A stretch of 19,684 bases of DNA from the NCBI GenBank assembly GCA_002794465.1, contig MTSL01000075.1, positions 48,381 to 68,064 of the forward strand, given 5' to 3'. Below are positions 16,201 to 19,684 of this stretch, piece after piece. Made by a program: the position numbers and the translations under genes. Source of the stretch: Paramicrosporidium saccamoebae KSL3 (taxonomy: Eukaryota; Fungi; Cryptomycota). Below the pieces are notes generated by a model, which searched no databases, was not told the DNA's origin, and saw nothing but the letters and a program-made list of their open reading frames with translations. Position 1 is the stretch's first letter; each line of letters begins with the position of its first letter.

Positions 16201-17245
16201 CTACGCACTGGCTGGGTTAGTGGGTATTGGATCAGATGCCGTCACCGGCCACTCGGAATTAGAAGAACCCCTAACAAAGGCCTTGGGGGCTACAACGGAC
16301 GCTCGTCTGCAGACTTGGTTAGTGGTGCTTTTGCATCGTGTCCTTGCCGGCTCATCTACTGCCGTATCACCTATTGGCGAAAAGTCCCTGAACCGGTTTG
16401 GCAGCGATTCCCTATTTGGATGCTGTTTGGATATCCTCATTAGTCATCCCAAGTTTTCAGACACCATTTTGGCAGCCTTTTGTAATCAGAGCGTCTTGCC
16501 CCTCCTGGATTGGTCTTGGCTGCCGACGACGCCTGCAGGTTTGCAGCTGGCATGGAAACACTTTCAAAGTGGTTCTCCTGGACAACAGTCGCACCGTGTC
16601 AACAAGAGCCTTATTCAAATTCTTGCTAATTCTATTGAGGATGAACAATCCATCATCGAGAGTGGTAAATTGACAAAGTTGATTGAAGCTATCGGGCCAG
16701 ACAGCGACACTGCGAATAGGATACTCATTGCTCAGAGTTTACAGCTGCGAAATGATGAAACTCTTTTAAATGCCCTTATGGCCTCTGACACTTTTGTGTT
16801 TGATCAAGATTTACTTGTCAATTTGCTGGAAACTTGTAATATCAGTGCTTCTTCATGGAAAATGATTGCAGAAAAGAAAATCCAGGTTCCAGGAGCTTCC
16901 GAATTACTGAAATTTCTTGCCACATCTGATCTTGATGATGCTATCGAGGCATGCCCTGCCTGGACTTTTGTAGTCTCTACAATCATTTCTGCAAATGACA
17001 TTGCAAATCTCATATCCGCTTACATTATGCGTCCTGACGATGCGGACAAGATTGTAGAGCTCATCATGCAATCTCTCCGCCATCGAGCCCATCCGTTCAC
17101 CAGACTGGCAAATGGAATGACCCGTGACCGACTGTCATGGCTTGAATTTAAAAAGCATCATCCAGAAATCTCTACGCGCATCTCCAGGAGGGTTGAAAAG
17201 ATTGCACCATTATTAGAAGGCAATGAGCGTCTATTATTGTTGTGA
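13288..17245 (+). CDS. Large alpha-solenoid protein (~1308 aa), focadhesin/RST1-like; exons 13288-14875 and 14907-17245
   Basis: The two long ORFs join in frame through a 31-nt intron (PDI-M-WNEIVKP). Helical and Leu-rich throughout. FLGSWIAQEINQMPKSLF resembles, from memory, the focadhesin KQEMVNMPRGIY block. Family assignment is tentative. Confidence 0.6.
14876..14906 (+). other. Spliceosomal intron, 31 nt
   Basis: GTAAAA...AACTAATCGGTTTTAG; joins the 553-aa and 779-aa ORFs in frame. Confidence 0.88.
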
Positions 17246-17483
17246 GTGGATACCGTGATGTAAAGGGTTGATTAGTTGAGTTTTTGAGTTTTTGAGGATA
17301 ATCCCCTAGCTTGAAACAATCGATGAAAGATAAGGAGATCTATATCTTTATCAATTTAGGATTATTCCATTATTTGCGAGACCATAAAAGGGCTTGCAGA
17401 TTTATATGAATTCCCTTGCCTCTCAAATAGAGACTAGTAAAGCCCGTGGTTTTATCCTCAGCACGCAACAGGTATAAAGACAT

Positions 17484-17537
17484 AAATACCAATGTCAATA
17501 TCGCCATCACTGCCACTATCAATAGCAATGCCAATAT
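17484..17537 (-). repeat. Degenerate hexamer tract (ATATTG GCATTG CTATTG ATAGTG GCAGTG ATGGCG ATATTG ACATTG GTATTT)
   Basis: Directly visible; one frame reads ILALLLIVAVMAILTLVF. Confidence 0.6.
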
Positions 17538-17674
17538 TCTATTTGCATTCTACGGATCAAAAGTCCCCCATAATGAGCCTTTGCCTACTACAAACCCCAC
17601 AAGAAGTACATAATTTACCAATTTGAGCGTCCATTGATTTGATTGGGTGCAGAGGTTGATCATGCGCCGCCAGT

Positions 17675-18733
17675 ATGATAGTACCACTATCGGTCTTGCT
17701 ATTGACACTGGGCCTTGAATCTGTATTGTGTAGCAGAAGAGTTAGAATTCAACGTGAAAAGTCCAGTGTCAAGGCTCCTGTGCCATCTACTAGGACGAAA
17801 TCCGAGTTGGACTCCCTGGAACTCTTCAAATGTCTCGAGGAAGATATTACAAGCGAAAGGATCTTTGATGCGATTAAGCTTTCGAATTCCAAGGACGCCA
17901 ATGGTAAAGACATTATGGTTCCATCGCTAATTCCCGGAGTGGAGATTTCGTTGGAAAACCTGTTCAAGTCGCTTGTGTGTGCTATGAATGTGAATCAGAA
18001 AGAGCGGCTGCTCTGCCAGTGGTCGGAAACTCCCTTAAAGCGCCTGAAAAACGGCGGCATTCAGCTCGTTTTCACCACCATTGACAATCGTTCCGTGTGT
18101 CCTGAAACTTTTTATTTTGTTACAGAAGCCTTGGAAAAACTTAAAATGACTGTCGAGGATGACCCGAATGGCGATTTCAACGCTCCTGAATTAAACCAAG
18201 AAGTGAAAAAAATCGAGGGCGACGTTTCGGGAAACACAAATAGCAATGTTCCTCTTGTACCTGCAATAGAGTTCAAAAAGAGACGTGCAGTAGGACCCAA
18301 GCAGCCCAATAACATTCCGGAGGATGGATCCTGGAATACACTGACGCCTGGTGTGTCTGCCGAAAGAGCCAGCCAAACTAAGAGTCCCGACCTCGTTCCG
18401 CGACCCGATTCTGAGCTTATCAGCTTTGTGAAAAGAGTTACCAAAATCCAGAGCAGAATACTTTGTGTTCCGCTGGTTGGACCCTTTGATCACAAAGGCG
18501 CTGCGAATAGTTCGCCCGTTTACATACGGACCGTCCCTTCACTGTCAACGATTTTTGTACCAAAGGTGGATTCTATGCGCATGCTTATGGGATTCGTTTA
18601 CTGGCTGAATTAAATCCTCCCGGCAGGTGAGAGTTGTCCATCCTATTTCGCAAGAGTATCTTTTAATTACGATGGCAATAAAAGACGGAATCTGTCTATG
18701 AGAGAGTACGGCGTGTTCCCTGATCCAAAGTAA
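17675..18733 (+). CDS. Secreted orphan protein with basic clusters; probably spliced (exons 17675-18475, 18511-18626, 18655-18733; ~331 aa)
   Basis: Signal peptide MIVPLSVLLLTLGLESVLC; KKRR at 18275-18286. The unspliced ORF stops at 18613. Candidate introns 18476-18510 (35 nt, weak GTTGGA donor) and 18627-18654 (28 nt, GTGAGA...CAAG) give a continuous frame to TAA 18733. Confidence 0.6.
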
Positions 18734-18912
18734 AATGTTTATAAGACAATATCCGCGTGGCTCTTCTTGCCATATCTGGACAGATACACGGCTAAACGTT
18801 CCGCTACTTTACATTTGTCACACTACAAAAGCTTAAAGGTAGTACACTAATATCCTCGCATGTTACCAGGTGTCAAGTTTATTGTTTTAAATGCGCGGTT
18901 GATCATTTTCTT

Positions 18913-19684
18913 TCAGCGGTGCAACCCGTCTGACCACATGCCGTCTTCGCTTGTTAAAGGATATATACTGGACGGGCCGATCAAGGGGCTGTATTTCTCG
19001 AATTCAGCTCTGCTCGGAGGATACAGCGACCAAAACTCGTAGTACCAGAGGGTGCGATCGCATCCTTGCAGCAGGTGGTCATTCGAACTAACCAACGCGT
19101 AAAAGTCTTCAAAAGAAGGTCGGAAGGGACGGTCCAAACTTAGGCGGCATTGCGAACGGCCCTTGCCATTCTGCGTCTTTGTTAAATTATGTCTCTGTGC
19201 GTGAGGCCACTGCTCCAAGATGGAGGAGACGACAGACGGTGAGGTAAGCTTTTTCTCAATCGTGGTGCGACAATAATCCAGACTCTCAACAGCAGATTCT
19301 AACGTTTCATCTTGCAGCGCTTCATCTCCAATAAGCAGCAACAACTTGTTAGTGCGCAACGCCAACACTGCTAACAGCGCTTGATTGTTCGATTCAATAG
19401 CAGCGTTGAACATGCTCTCAGCAAGATCTCGAGTCAGACCAGCGTTTTTTGGGACAAAACGTTCCATGAATATCGAGTCGAAAATGTTCCAGCTGAGATT
19501 GGTCGCTGATTGGAATAGCGGGCATTGCAGTATGAGATCCACTTTATAAAGGCTGGCTCCGATGGGACAAGGTAGGCTATAGACGCCCTGCATATTAATG
19601 TATTCAAAAAGTACCTCTGGTCTAAAGGTCTCCCAGTGGTTGAGGCTACTCAGAGGAATGTTTTGGAATGGCTTCAACGAATCC
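18913..19684 (-). CDS. Hypothetical protein, 5'-truncated by the window edge
   Basis: Frame open from the window end to TGA 18913. The ORF-track start is a TTG. Likely in-frame 27-nt intron at 19614-19588 (GTACTT...TTAATATGCAG). No family recognised. Confidence 0.65.
   Translation of the reverse strand, partial: DSLKPFQNIPLSSLNHWETFRPEVLFEYINMQGVYSLPCPIGASLYKVDLILQCPLFQSATNLSWNIFDSIFMERFVPKNAGLTRDLAESMFNAAIESNNQALLAVLALRTNKLLLLIGDEALQDETLESAVESLDYCRTTIEKKLTSPSVVSSILEQWPHAQRHNLTKTQNGKGRSQCRLSLDRPFRPSFEDFYALVSSNDHLLQGCDRTLWYYEFWSLYPPSRAEFEKYSPLIGPSSIYPLTSEDGMWSDGLHR

Overview
Gene-dense eukaryotic window, judged fungal-lineage from a fungal-type TFIIIA and a GUP1. It has tiny GT-AG introns (27-36 nt) and extremely short intergenic gaps. 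This architecture is consistent with a reduced Rozellomycota / early-branching microsporidia-like parasite such as Paramicrosporidium; the taxon is inferred, not proven. Gene order: AT-richer non-coding start with a degenerate hexamer array; a tRNA-Lys(CTT)/tRNA-Met(CAT) tandem 4 nt apart; two paralogous orphan genes encoding signal peptide + shared beta-rich domain + bipartite NLS; TFIIIA; RPB3; GPATCH4/TMA23-like; CWF18/CCDC12; GUP1; GPI12/PIG-L; CWC24; EEF1AKMT4-like; TDP1; BET2; a ~1300-aa focadhesin-like gene; a third secreted orphan with a basic cluster; and a 5'-truncated unknown gene. There are two main unexplained signals. (1) A candidate family of secreted, host-nucleus-targeted effectors. 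(2) Four head-to-head gene pairs with start codons only 7-27 nt apart, closer than any tail-to-tail pair, two of which share an identically positioned ATTTCCCTTT element. No mobile element, CRISPR array or rRNA was seen.
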